A DNA stretch of 52,427 nucleotides, taken from positions 1 through 52,427 of IMG/VR virus record IMGVR_UViG_3300043452_000009. One strand, written 5' to 3'. Both the position numbers and the translations under genes were made by a program. This DNA is from a virus. Lineage: Duplodnaviria > Caudoviricetes. Shown here one piece after another: positions 35,414 through 44,604 of the stretch (positions within the stretch are counted from its first letter, which is position 1; the number at the start of each line of letters is the position of its first letter). Below the pieces are notes generated by a model. That model was not told where the DNA came from. It saw only the letters and a list, made by a program, of their open reading frames with translations, and did not search any database.

Positions 35414-38400
35414 ATGGCTGGTCCTTGTGTTTTATATAATGGTAAGAAATATACCACAGAAGAGTTCGCTGCGTTTATACACGATGGCGAACTTTCTAAT
35501 TTAATATCAAATAATAAATTAGATCCTAAAAAATTAACAGGTGAAGTTCCTGACGTTTTTAATGTTCCGGTTGCAGAGGCTAAAAAGATGAGTGTGATAA
35601 CTCCTGAGAAGTCATCAAACTTTGCTAACCTTACTCAGGACGATGAAGGGAACGCTGTGTTCTTTCACGTTGGTGATGCTGGCTACGAAACAATCAAGCC
35701 GTCAAGCGGTCAAAGCACTAGAACATCTAAGGGTGAGGCTGCTGCTATTGGCAAGGTTGGAGGTGTTGCTATGTACTACACCAGCCCTAATGATTCAGAG
35801 ACGATGGTCACCGGTCCTGGGAAATACGCTGTTAAAGTCCCTATTAGTAAGGTATACGATTTTAATACTGATGAGAATAATTACTTAGAGGAAGCTCAAA
35901 AAAGACACGAAGAAGAAAACCCTGGCAAAGCTATGGACGCTAACTCTGAATTAGCTTATATTACAAAGATAGCCGGAGAGAATGGCTACGACATGGTCGT
36001 TGCTGATTGGGGAGGAAAAACTCGCGCTCAAACAACTAAGGAATTAACGCCAACGGATACTCAAATTTCTAAGGGAGAACAGGTTACAAAAACTTTTGAC
36101 GAGAAGTACGTTCCTAATACTGAAAAAGGATTCGTGTCTATAGTTCCTGAATCTAAGGATTCTAAGTTTCAAAAGATATACGACAAGATATACAAGTACA
36201 GAAATTCTCAGCAAAATTATGATGCGTTGTATAAATTAAGCACGTCTAGTTTAAGCAGAGAAGGAATTACTAAATTGGTAAATGAGTCTGATTTACCTCA
36301 GGAATTGAAAGACGAGTATAACAAGGTAGATAAACAAAGACAAGGCAAGAGAAGATCTTATATTAAAACTAAAGAGGTTAGTGTTGAAGGAGCTCCAGAA
36401 GGAAGCTACCTAAACATAGGGATGAAGATTGGTGAGGACGGAGAGATGCTTACTATCGAAGAAATCAAGGAAGCCTTGCCAGATGATGTTGAAATTTCAG
36501 AGGAGATTGTTAAGGATGTTGAGAGTATTTTTGATGGAGAAATAAGTATAGAGCCTACGAATATTTTAAAAATATCTAGACCACTTACAGATGAAGAGAT
36601 GCAAAACCTTCTTGTTGCAACTGAGCAAATGGGTATATCTCAAATGGTTGATGGTAAAGGAATTGTGCACGGAACAGAGCTATGGGATAAGTTTGACCCT
36701 AAGTTCTTCCATATGCCAGATAACAGAGTGCTTTCTGATGTTGTGTCTAAAGAAAAAACAATAGAGCAGGAGGTTGAGGAGATATCAAACTTATTCTCTA
36801 CCGATATAAACAAGGCTGTTGAGAACGCTAAGGCTGCGTTGGCTAATATACTTCCTAATGTGAAGTTTGTTATTCATGATGATTATGATTCGTATACAAA
36901 GGCTGTAGGTGACGAGGACGTAGAGTCTGGAGGAACTTATATGTCAAGCACAAATACAATACATATAAACAAGCGAGCTGCTACAAAAACAACAGTAGCT
37001 CACGAGGTATTTCATGCCGTACTTATAAATATGGTTGGTACCGATGTTAAGGCGGCTGACATAACAAAGCGAATGATTAATGCGCTTAGTAAGCAGCTTG
37101 ATAATAACCCTGATTTAAAGGAGTATTTAGAGAATTTTGTTGCTTCTTACGACGAGAATATTAAGAATGAAGAGAAGGCAGCTGAACTATTTGGTTATCT
37201 AGCAGCTAACTACGATACATTACCTAAGCAATCACAGAGTCTTATTAAGAGATGGATGGATGCCTTGGCTAAGATGTTTGGCTTTAAACCATTCACAGAT
37301 AACGAGGTTGTAGACTTCTTTAACACGTTGTCAGAAAAGGTAGCTACTGGACAGGAGGTTACTGATTTAGATGTTAAAGCTATAAGCACAGGAACTCCTT
37401 CTGCTATAGGAAGTCCTGTCAGTATAAATAGAAACTCAAAAGGTGCTGCTTTAAAATTTACTGAAACTCCAGCTAACTTATCTTTTGTAACAAACAAAGA
37501 CAAGATAGATATTAATAGTCTTATAAATGAGATTATTGATAAAAAACAAAAAATTTGGTTCTGGATGGCAGACCAATTAGGTAGAGGTAATTATTATGAT
37601 TCAGTAATAGATGGAGAACATTATTTAGATGCTGGTCCTAGTTTTGCTTTAGATCCACAAAACAAAAACAAAGGGGTTTTATGGGCTAGTGGATTAGCTG
37701 AAAAAACATTGAATGATCAAATAGAAAAAGCTGATTATATATTTTTCATAAGCGGATCTCCTGAGAAAGCTAAGTTATTTAATAAGAGAGTATTAGATTT
37801 GACTGCCGCTAGGATAAATAGTAACTCAAGTTTTGATGAGTTTAAAAAAGCAATTAATAATTTCCCTAAAGAGACAAATGATTTAATAACTATAAAAGAA
37901 GCTTTGAATAGTGTTAATTCTTTTGAGGAGTTGTCTAACAGCACAAAAAGAAAACCTTTTTTAATAGCTATAGATAAGTTAAGCAAATCAAAAACAAGCC
38001 CAGAAGGATCTTTAAACAGTTTGCTAAAATCATTTAATGCCTTTGTTGACTACAACGAATTAAGAGATGGTTTTTATAAGGAAAATAATTTTTCTCAAAA
38101 CGACATTATGCTTGTTGGTAAACCAACTGGTCTTGGAGGAAAAGCTATTCACTCTACTTACGAGTCCGCTATTTTAGGAGAAGTGATAGGTGTTCCTGAT
38201 AAAAAAATTGATTCTTGGGAAATAATGCCTAAAGAATTAAAAGACAAATACAAGAAAGTAATTGAAGGTAGAGAGTCAAAAACAAAGCCATTACAAGCAA
38301 AAATAATAGCGGCAGAAATTGGTATTGTAAGAGAATTAGATTCTTCTGCAAAAAAACAAACTAGTGTTATTGCTAATAAAATAAAGACAGCAAAATCTAA

Positions 38401-41209
38401 CGGATTCTCTGATGCTGCTATTTCACAGTACCTACAAAATAACGGGTACACAGCTGAGCAGGCCTCTAAAGGATTGCTTGATTACAATAAAAAAGAAATA
38501 CAGAAAGCGCAGAAAGAAGACGGTATATTTGTAAAAGATACCAACACTAAAATAAAAAATTTCTTAGGAAGCGTTAGAAGAAGATTAACTTCAGCTAGAG
38601 GATTTATGCCTAAGTCTACATTTTTAGCTATTGAAGACAAAGCTTCAAAAATAGAAGTCCAAGCAAAGTTAGTATCTAATACATCGAAAAGATTTGATAA
38701 ATTACTTTCTAAATATCAAGGAGATAAGGAAGCTTTATTGGTTGAATTTGATTCGTATATAAGAGGGGATAAATCAGTGATTTTGCCTTCAGAATTTAAA
38801 GCCGTTGGTGATATAATGAGAAACCAGATAGACGGTTTATCCCAAATGCTTGTAGATCTTGGAGCCTTGCCAGCTGAGTCAGCCGAAAATATTAGACAAA
38901 ACATAGGGTCTTATATGACTAGAGCTTATGAAGTTTTTGATAATAAAAACTGGGCTACAAAAGTTAAACAAGAGCAAGTAGATAAAGCTAAAGACTTCTT
39001 TAGAAATGAATTTTCTAAAATAGCTGAAGATAAGGCCCAAAAAGAAGGCCTTACTAAGGAGGACGTTCTTAATAAAATAGTCGACGAACAAATAAGTAAA
39101 ATACTTGATAAGGATATTGAGAATGGTTTTGTAAGCTCTGGAAAGGAAGGCTCTAAGGATTTATCTATACTAAAACAAAAGATGGATATACCATTAGAGA
39201 TAAGAGCTTTAATGGGAGAGTATACAGACCCTGTACAAAACTATGCCAACACTGTTTACAAGATGGCTAACCTTGTTTATAATACCAAGTTTTTAAATGA
39301 CCTTAAAAAGAATGGTATGGGAACTATATTTTTTGAGGAGAATGATACAAATAGACCTAAAGATTTTAACACAAAAATTGCTGCTGACTCAACAAAAACA
39401 TTTGATCCTCTTGGAGGTTTATTTACAACTAAAGAAATAGCTGATGAGTTTAATAATGCATCTCCTTTAAATTCTTTATCTAAGGCCGCTAACGCTTTCA
39501 AACTTTATGAGTACTACATGAAGGCACTTAGATCTGTAAAATGGTTAAAGACTATTGGTTCTGTTGCTACTCACGGTAAGAATGTTTTTGGTAACCTTGA
39601 CTTTATGTTGTCTAATGGATACATTAACTTTAACGAATACAGAAAATCGTTTAACGTTATAATGAACGACCTTAGAAATAAAGGAAATAAAGATCTACAA
39701 GAAAAATTACTTGAATATACTGATGCTGGTATAATAAATCAAAACGTTGGATTAAATGAAATTAAGTCAATGTTTAAGGATGGTGATTTTGATAAGACAT
39801 TTGAAAGAAGAATGAATAAGCCAGGTGAGAGTAAAATCTCTAGGCTTGGTAGGTATTTAAAATCTAAAACAATAGGTGTCAAGGAAGGTCTTGAAAACGC
39901 TTACCAGGCTGAAGATGATTTCTTTAAAATTGTAGCTTATGAAACAGAGAAAAGAAAATACTCAGAAGCTTTTTATGGTAAGAAATACGAAAACCTTACA
40001 GACACGGAGAAGAAAGATGTTGTTGATTATGTTAAGGAAATAGTTAAAAACATACTTCCTAATTACTCAAGGATTCCTAACTCAGCTAAAATGCTTAAGG
40101 TAATACCTGTAGCTGGTACGTTTATATCGTTCTCTTTAGAGTCACTTAGAACATCATACAACACTGTAGCTCTTGCATTTACTGAGATGAAATCAGATAA
40201 TCCTAAAATAAAAGCAATAGGAGCTAAAAGATTCGTAGCTTTAACCGCTATTCAAAGTTTAAAATATGGACTGATGTACATGTTGTCTTCTAGCTTTTTA
40301 GGAGATGATGAAGAAGACGAAGATAATAAAAACAAGAATGCTAAAAGATTTGTGGCTCCATGGTCTAAAAACTCTAATATAGTTATAACAGACATGGGAG
40401 AAGGTAAGTTTTCTTTTGTTGATTTTAGCGCTTCTGATCCTAGAGCTCAAGTGCCAAAAGCTTTGAATGCGTTTAGCTCTGGAGAAAATTTTATTGACGG
40501 ACTTGTAGAGTCTGTAAAAGAATTTACATCTCCTTATTTAAGCCAAGATATTTTATTTTCTTTAGTTAACGAAATTAAAGACAATAAAGATTCTTTTGGA
40601 AGGGAAATATACAATGAGTACGACAAGCCAGTGGATAAGGTTAATAAAATAATGGCTAGGGTTTGGAAGACTTTTGAACCAGGGACTTTGACTAGTATAA
40701 GAAAAATATCTGAATCAGAAAACAAAATAAATGATGCTGTTGGACAAATAACTGGATATAAGGTTATAGATGTTGACACTCAAAAGCAGTATTATTTTAA
40801 TTCTAAGAAGAACTTCGAAGAAACATTAAAGGCTAAGCAGATATACAACAAGGCATTTAGAAAGTTTGAAAAGAAGGAGATTACAAAAGAAGAGTTAAAA
40901 GAAGCTTACGATAGATCTAATGAAAGTATCAGAGGTATATTAGAAGAGAATAAAAAAGATTTTGATTCTGCTGTATACTTTGGAGCTGATCCTTTAGTTC
41001 TTTCTCAGTCCGCCGATGATGCTGGTTACAGTAAGAACGCTGTATATCAAATTGAATCTGGAGAGTTTCAAGATATCGAAGATAAAACTCCTTTAACTCA
41101 AGAAGAGGCTATGAAGAAAATAGAAGAGTTAAGAGAGAATATAAAGTCTAGAGGAATAAAAAATCTAGACGAGATAAGAAGAAAAGCAAGAGAAAAAGGA
41201 GGCAATTAG
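35414..41209 (+). CDS. giant polyvalent cargo protein (ART-like domain, zincin metallopeptidase, helical ejection-type C-terminus)
   Basis: FFHVG...MYYTS...VKVP..KVYD...GYDMVV (35654-36007); GGTY...TIHIN...AHEVFH...EEKAAE (HExxH at 37001-37015); C-terminal YQAEDDFFKI...FISF..ESLR. Confidence 0.7.
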   Translation: MAGPCVLYNGKKYTTEEFAAFIHDGELSNLISNNKLDPKKLTGEVPDVFNVPVAEAKKMSVITPEKSSNFANLTQDDEGNAVFFHVGDAGYETIKPSSGQSTRTSKGEAAAIGKVGGVAMYYTSPNDSETMVTGPGKYAVKVPISKVYDFNTDENNYLEEAQKRHEEENPGKAMDANSELAYITKIAGENGYDMVVADWGGKTRAQTTKELTPTDTQISKGEQVTKTFDEKYVPNTEKGFVSIVPESKDSKFQKIYDKIYKYRNSQQNYDALYKLSTSSLSREGITKLVNESDLPQELKDEYNKVDKQRQGKRRSYIKTKEVSVEGAPEGSYLNIGMKIGEDGEMLTIEEIKEALPDDVEISEEIVKDVESIFDGEISIEPTNILKISRPLTDEEMQNLLVATEQMGISQMVDGKGIVHGTELWDKFDPKFFHMPDNRVLSDVVSKEKTIEQEVEEISNLFSTDINKAVENAKAALANILPNVKFVIHDDYDSYTKAVGDEDVESGGTYMSSTNTIHINKRAATKTTVAHEVFHAVLINMVGTDVKAADITKRMINALSKQLDNNPDLKEYLENFVASYDENIKNEEKAAELFGYLAANYDTLPKQSQSLIKRWMDALAKMFGFKPFTDNEVVDFFNTLSEKVATGQEVTDLDVKAISTGTPSAIGSPVSINRNSKGAALKFTETPANLSFVTNKDKIDINSLINEIIDKKQKIWFWMADQLGRGNYYDSVIDGEHYLDAGPSFALDPQNKNKGVLWASGLAEKTLNDQIEKADYIFFISGSPEKAKLFNKRVLDLTAARINSNSSFDEFKKAINNFPKETNDLITIKEALNSVNSFEELSNSTKRKPFLIAIDKLSKSKTSPEGSLNSLLKSFNAFVDYNELRDGFYKENNFSQNDIMLVGKPTGLGGKAIHSTYESAILGEVIGVPDKKIDSWEIMPKELKDKYKKVIEGRESKTKPLQAKIIAAEIGIVRELDSSAKKQTSVIANKIKTAKSNGFSDAAISQYLQNNGYTAEQASKGLLDYNKKEIQKAQKEDGIFVKDTNTKIKNFLGSVRRRLTSARGFMPKSTFLAIEDKASKIEVQAKLVSNTSKRFDKLLSKYQGDKEALLVEFDSYIRGDKSVILPSEFKAVGDIMRNQIDGLSQMLVDLGALPAESAENIRQNIGSYMTRAYEVFDNKNWATKVKQEQVDKAKDFFRNEFSKIAEDKAQKEGLTKEDVLNKIVDEQISKILDKDIENGFVSSGKEGSKDLSILKQKMDIPLEIRALMGEYTDPVQNYANTVYKMANLVYNTKFLNDLKKNGMGTIFFEENDTNRPKDFNTKIAADSTKTFDPLGGLFTTKEIADEFNNASPLNSLSKAANAFKLYEYYMKALRSVKWLKTIGSVATHGKNVFGNLDFMLSNGYINFNEYRKSFNVIMNDLRNKGNKDLQEKLLEYTDAGIINQNVGLNEIKSMFKDGDFDKTFERRMNKPGESKISRLGRYLKSKTIGVKEGLENAYQAEDDFFKIVAYETEKRKYSEAFYGKKYENLTDTEKKDVVDYVKEIVKNILPNYSRIPNSAKMLKVIPVAGTFISFSLESLRTSYNTVALAFTEMKSDNPKIKAIGAKRFVALTAIQSLKYGLMYMLSSSFLGDDEEDEDNKNKNAKRFVAPWSKNSNIVITDMGEGKFSFVDFSASDPRAQVPKALNAFSSGENFIDGLVESVKEFTSPYLSQDILFSLVNEIKDNKDSFGREIYNEYDKPVDKVNKIMARVWKTFEPGTLTSIRKISESENKINDAVGQITGYKVIDVDTQKQYYFNSKKNFEETLKAKQIYNKAFRKFEKKEITKEELKEAYDRSNESIRGILEENKKDFDSAVYFGADPLVLSQSADDAGYSKNAVYQIESGEFQDIEDKTPLTQEEAMKKIEELRENIKSRGIKNLDEIRRKAREKGGN

Positions 41210-41226
41210 CCTCCTTTGTTTTCTCT
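41189..41226. terminator. bidirectional intrinsic terminator at the convergence of the two arms
   Basis: AGAGAA-AAAGGAGGC-AATTA-GCCTCCTTT-GTTTTCTCT; T-rich tail on both strands; both stop codons lie at the loop. Confidence 0.8.
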
Positions 41227-41388
41227 ATAAAACTTCAACACCTCATCATCCGGATCGTTGAAGTCAACCTCAAAAAGATTACCATTAATAGTAGCCCAAC
41301 CTAATAAAGGTTGGGTATCATCGGTCTCTGGAAGAGCGTCTAACACCTTAAGAAGATCTTCATGCATAATCAACCTCTTCAAATTCAA
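41206..41388 (-). CDS. hypothetical protein
   Basis: ORF track; last gene of the - arm. Confidence 0.6.
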   Translation of the reverse strand: MNLKRLIMHEDLLKVLDALPETDDTQPLLGWATINGNLFEVDFNDPDDEVLKFYRENKGG

Positions 41389-41560
41389 CCTCGTATCCTA
41401 AATATTCTAGTACATCTTTAAGTATTGTATCAATGTCATGATAATCACCACTTGTTACATACTCACCGTTTATATGCACGCTATTACCATCGGTATAACA
41501 GCATCCATCTCCACATTTGTGGTTCCAATCTTCTGATTTAATTTTCAGTTTCTTTTTCAT
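41360..41560 (-). CDS. small Cys-motif protein
   Basis: WNHKCGDGCCYTDG; ATGA-coupled to dNMP kinase. Confidence 0.65.
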   Translation of the reverse strand: MKKKLKIKSEDWNHKCGDGCCYTDGNSVHINGEYVTSGDYHDIDTILKDVLEYLGYEVEFEEVDYA

Positions 41561-42294
41561 ATTATTCTTTCGTCAATTAAAATTTCTCTTACTACCTTTA
41601 CAAGATCCTCAATGCTTCCGTGATTTATTATTGCGTAATCGAATTTGTGATTATCCAAAGCAGTCTCGCTTTCGTGAACTTCAATCATTGATTGTAAAGA
41701 ATGAGTATCTGGTCTGTGCACATAAATAGTAATACCTCCTCTTTTCTTAACAGCATCAAATTCATTTGGGAATCTCATGTCTGTTATGCACCACTTAGGA
41801 TATTCGACAAGAGTATCATTACCTAACTCATCCCATTCTTTTACAAAAGGCTTATAATCAGAAAACAAAGCGTTTACCCATACATTTGTGTGTAACCCGT
41901 TTCGCATTGCTTCTGTACCTAGTTTTTGAAGTAAAGTCCTGTAAGTCATTGACTTACTTGTCTTGTACCTGCCAGATTGCTCTAAGCTATTCCACTCGAT
42001 AGGCATTTCTAGTTTCTTAAAATCTTGGTCCTCAAACTTATACGCTGGCACACCAGTAAGTACTTGAGCGACCAACTTTAACTTAGCGGCAAACTTTTCT
42101 ACGCTCCATGTGGTATCGTAAACATACCCCATCTCCTTACATTTAGAGAAGCTGCCCTTTCTAATTGCCTCTGGACTGGTAAGGTACTTGATAATTTCAC
42201 CAACCGTGTCTTTCCCTGAGCCCATATGTCCCGACACGCCGATTAACTTTGGAGGCCCTACGATTTCTGCGTCTACAACGTTTATATCTAGCAT
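41557..42294 (-). CDS. deoxynucleoside monophosphate kinase
   Basis: IGVSGHMGSGKDT P-loop, FAAKLK, RTLLQKLGTE..R...H.NVWV, ITDMRFPNE, HESETALD. Confidence 0.9.
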   Translation of the reverse strand: MLDINVVDAEIVGPPKLIGVSGHMGSGKDTVGEIIKYLTSPEAIRKGSFSKCKEMGYVYDTTWSVEKFAAKLKLVAQVLTGVPAYKFEDQDFKKLEMPIEWNSLEQSGRYKTSKSMTYRTLLQKLGTEAMRNGLHTNVWVNALFSDYKPFVKEWDELGNDTLVEYPKWCITDMRFPNEFDAVKKRGGITIYVHRPDTHSLQSMIEVHESETALDNHKFDYAIINHGSIEDLVKVVREILIDERII

Positions 42295-42434
42295 AATTTT
42301 CTAAGTTTTTTTTCTAATAATCTCTTTTCATCAACAAGGGACTCATCATTTGAGCCCCTCTTTAGTAACCATCTAAGTCTGTTTTCAACTTCTTCAAGTT
42401 CTTCCTTCATTTCTATAATTTCTGTATTCGTCAT
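42288..42434 (-). CDS. small coiled-coil protein, 48 aa (not in ORF track)
   Basis: MTNTEIIEMKEELEEVENRLRWLLKRGSNDESLVDEKRLLEKKLRKLC*; fills the gap between neighbours. Confidence 0.6.
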   Translation of the reverse strand: MTNTEIIEMKEELEEVENRLRWLLKRGSNDESLVDEKRLLEKKLRKLC

Positions 42435-42440
42435 TTTTTT

Positions 42441-43664
42441 TTAAAATATAAAGTCGTGTAATGTTTTTCTGTCTTCGTAGTAGTTGTAGAAACAAAAACC
42501 ACTGATTCCCTTCTGAAAGTTCACCTGAACCCATGCTGAACTAGGACTAAATGCAGGATAATTGCAGTAACTAAAGCTCTGTGATGTTGAGTAGTTCATT
42601 ATGTACTGGTGAGAATCACCTTTGCTGAACTCAATTTTAACCCCAGGCTGTAACAAGTAGTGCTCCTTTATGTAGTTGTCTATCTTGTTTTCCTGTATCT
42701 TATCTAAAATTGGCTTGAACCCGAACTTCAAGCTCTTTGAGTCCTTACCATGGGTAAGAATAAAAATGTGATTACTTATCCTGTAGTGATCGATAAACTT
42801 CCTTTGGTTGATAACCTCTACATTGTCAAACATAACCTCCGAGAGAGCCTTAAATGCAGAATTAACGATATATCCAAAGCTTCCAGCGTGGTTATCCTCG
42901 CATACGTTGTGGCATATAATCTTTTCGTAGTAAGGAACTAACTTCTGTAGCATAGCAACCTTAAAAGAAACGCCCTCGTCAAATGCCTTCTGGTTGTCCA
43001 TGTTCTGAGGAAGCTTATGCCCTCCTCTTGTAGTGTAACCATCATAACCATCCATGAAATCCCCTAGCTCATCAATTACAAGTGTAGATGACTTTCTGTT
43101 TGCTATAACGTGGTCCAAAAGAATTTTTAGCCTGTGCTCTAATTCACACTCATCCCACCTGCCTCCATACAAACTATGGTGCTCAATGTTCATTCCAACG
43201 TGAGTATCTGTGTAAACAAGCCTATCAAACAATCCTTCTTTAGCAATGTAAGGCGACGGCTCGTAGTCAAACTTTTCAATCTTGGATAAAAACGAAGTGA
43301 AGTCTAAGTTCTTTACATTTGGCTCAATAACATTTGAAGCAATGTTGTAGTAAGGTGTTCCTGTGTGCGTAACAAGCTTGAAAGTTCTAGCCTGCTCGAA
43401 TGGTATACCGTAGTAGTCGCAGTACTCCTCGATGTCCATTATCCTACCATCTGGCTTTAAAGCAGATAGCACACTAACAGCCTCGTACTGATTGGTAACC
43501 GTATGCGTAAATCCTTTCTTTAAAAGGTTTGACACGTTTCTTCTTATTGAATCAGTGTACTCAATGTTAAATTCTAAGCACATCTTCCTTGTAGCTTCTG
43601 ATATTTTATCGCCCTTGCTAACAAGTTCTGTTACTCTTTCAATTTGATTTTCAGTGTATTTCAT
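42441..43664 (-). CDS. calcineurin-like metallophosphoesterase with N-terminal HTH-like region
   Basis: YTDTHVG, LGDFMDG, EDNH, LTHGKD, GDSH metal-binding motifs. Confidence 0.85.
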   Translation of the reverse strand: MKYTENQIERVTELVSKGDKISEATRKMCLEFNIEYTDSIRRNVSNLLKKGFTHTVTNQYEAVSVLSALKPDGRIMDIEEYCDYYGIPFEQARTFKLVTHTGTPYYNIASNVIEPNVKNLDFTSFLSKIEKFDYEPSPYIAKEGLFDRLVYTDTHVGMNIEHHSLYGGRWDECELEHRLKILLDHVIANRKSSTLVIDELGDFMDGYDGYTTRGGHKLPQNMDNQKAFDEGVSFKVAMLQKLVPYYEKIICHNVCEDNHAGSFGYIVNSAFKALSEVMFDNVEVINQRKFIDHYRISNHIFILTHGKDSKSLKFGFKPILDKIQENKIDNYIKEHYLLQPGVKIEFSKGDSHQYIMNYSTSQSFSYCNYPAFSPSSAWVQVNFQKGISGFCFYNYYEDRKTLHDFIF

Positions 43665-43819
43665 TCTTGCTTTATTGTTTGTAGCACATCCTTAAGTTTA
43701 TGCTGTAGTTTAACAATAGATTCCGTTACGGCATCGTGTTCCGTATCCATCAATCCTTCGTAGATTTCATCTGTTAGATCGTTGATCTCTTTCATTGTTG
43801 TATTAACGTAGTTGCTCAT
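43661..43819 (-). CDS. small acidic helical protein, 52 aa (not in ORF track)
   Basis: MSNYVNTTMKEINDLTDEIYEGLMDTEHDAVTESIVKLQHKLKDVLQTIKQE*; ATGA overlap; follows a promoter element. Confidence 0.7.
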   Translation of the reverse strand: MSNYVNTTMKEINDLTDEIYEGLMDTEHDAVTESIVKLQHKLKDVLQTIKQE

Positions 43820-43839
43820 TTTATTTGATTTTATAATAA

Positions 43840-43847
43840 CAAATGTA
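43840..43847 (-). promoter_or_regulatory. -7 element TACATTTG
   Basis: Reverse complement of caaatgta; intergenic, 20 nt before ATG 43819. Confidence 0.72.
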
Positions 43848-43876
43848 TAAAATAAATAACTACGGTCTAAATAAAA

Positions 43877-44368
43877 TTATAAACAACTTATCAACGCGTC
43901 TAGTCTTAGGTATGCTTTCTTTATTTTATCCTCCGGTATTTCCATTACAAGGCTATGTAGATTCTCTCTTTTCCCTCTTAGGTTTTTGACTATAACCATT
44001 GTAAGCTCTTGATTAGAAAGCTCAAGCATTTCTATCCGTCTTCTCAAAGCCATAACATCTTCATAAACAGAGTCTTGATTCTCATCGTTAGATATAATTT
44101 CCTTGACGCTATTGTAGCACGTTACCATGCTATTACTAAAAGCACTCCATGCATCATAATTATTTAACGCATATAGAACCGTTGCGTGGTTGTATCCTAT
44201 GGATCTAGCAATTCTTGTTAGGGATAAGTGATGAATGTCTCTAAGTATTTTATAGTAAACAGCTCTCATTTCTACTACGTCTCTTTCTCTTGATCTCTCT
44301 GAGATATCAATACCTGACTCTATTGTTATCAGGTTTTTAATCCTTTCTAATTTATCATCTATTGTCAT
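43877..44368 (-). CDS. DnaA C-terminal (domain IV)-like HTH protein
   Basis: SRERDVVEMRAVYY...SLTRIARSIGYNHATVLYA; start probably MTIDDK at 44368 (ATGA overlap). Confidence 0.8.
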   Translation of the reverse strand: MTIDDKLERIKNLITIESGIDISERSRERDVVEMRAVYYKILRDIHHLSLTRIARSIGYNHATVLYALNNYDAWSAFSNSMVTCYNSVKEIISNDENQDSVYEDVMALRRRIEMLELSNQELTMVIVKNLRGKRENLHSLVMEIPEDKIKKAYLRLDALISCL

Positions 44369-44604
44369 CCTCTGTAAATTTCTGTTAAACATCCATGTTC
44401 TTCTAGTTCCTTTAATCTGAATTTTTGCAGCTCACTAACCACTCCTATTGGGGTTTTAACCTCTGAGAATAGTACTCCTGAGTTTGGAGGTATAGCTATT
44501 AAATCTGGTATACCGTTCTTATTTGTTTTCACAAGCTTTATAACGTAGTACCCTTCAGCTTCTAGCTGCTTAATTCTTTTTGATTGTATTTGTTGCTCTT
44601 TCAT
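44365..44604 (-). CDS. VRR-NUC (PD-(D/E)XK) nuclease
   Basis: EQQIQSK...GIPDLIAI...FSEVKTPIGVVSELQ. Confidence 0.88.
   Translation of the reverse strand: MKEQQIQSKRIKQLEAEGYYVIKLVKTNKNGIPDLIAIPPNSGVLFSEVKTPIGVVSELQKFRLKELEEHGCLTEIYRG

Noticed and set aside
39779-39793. DGDFD (DxDxD) in the 1931-aa protein as a possible RNA polymerase active site
   Set aside because: Order differs from DFDGD/DFDID and it lies in a helical, charged region with no double-psi barrel context.
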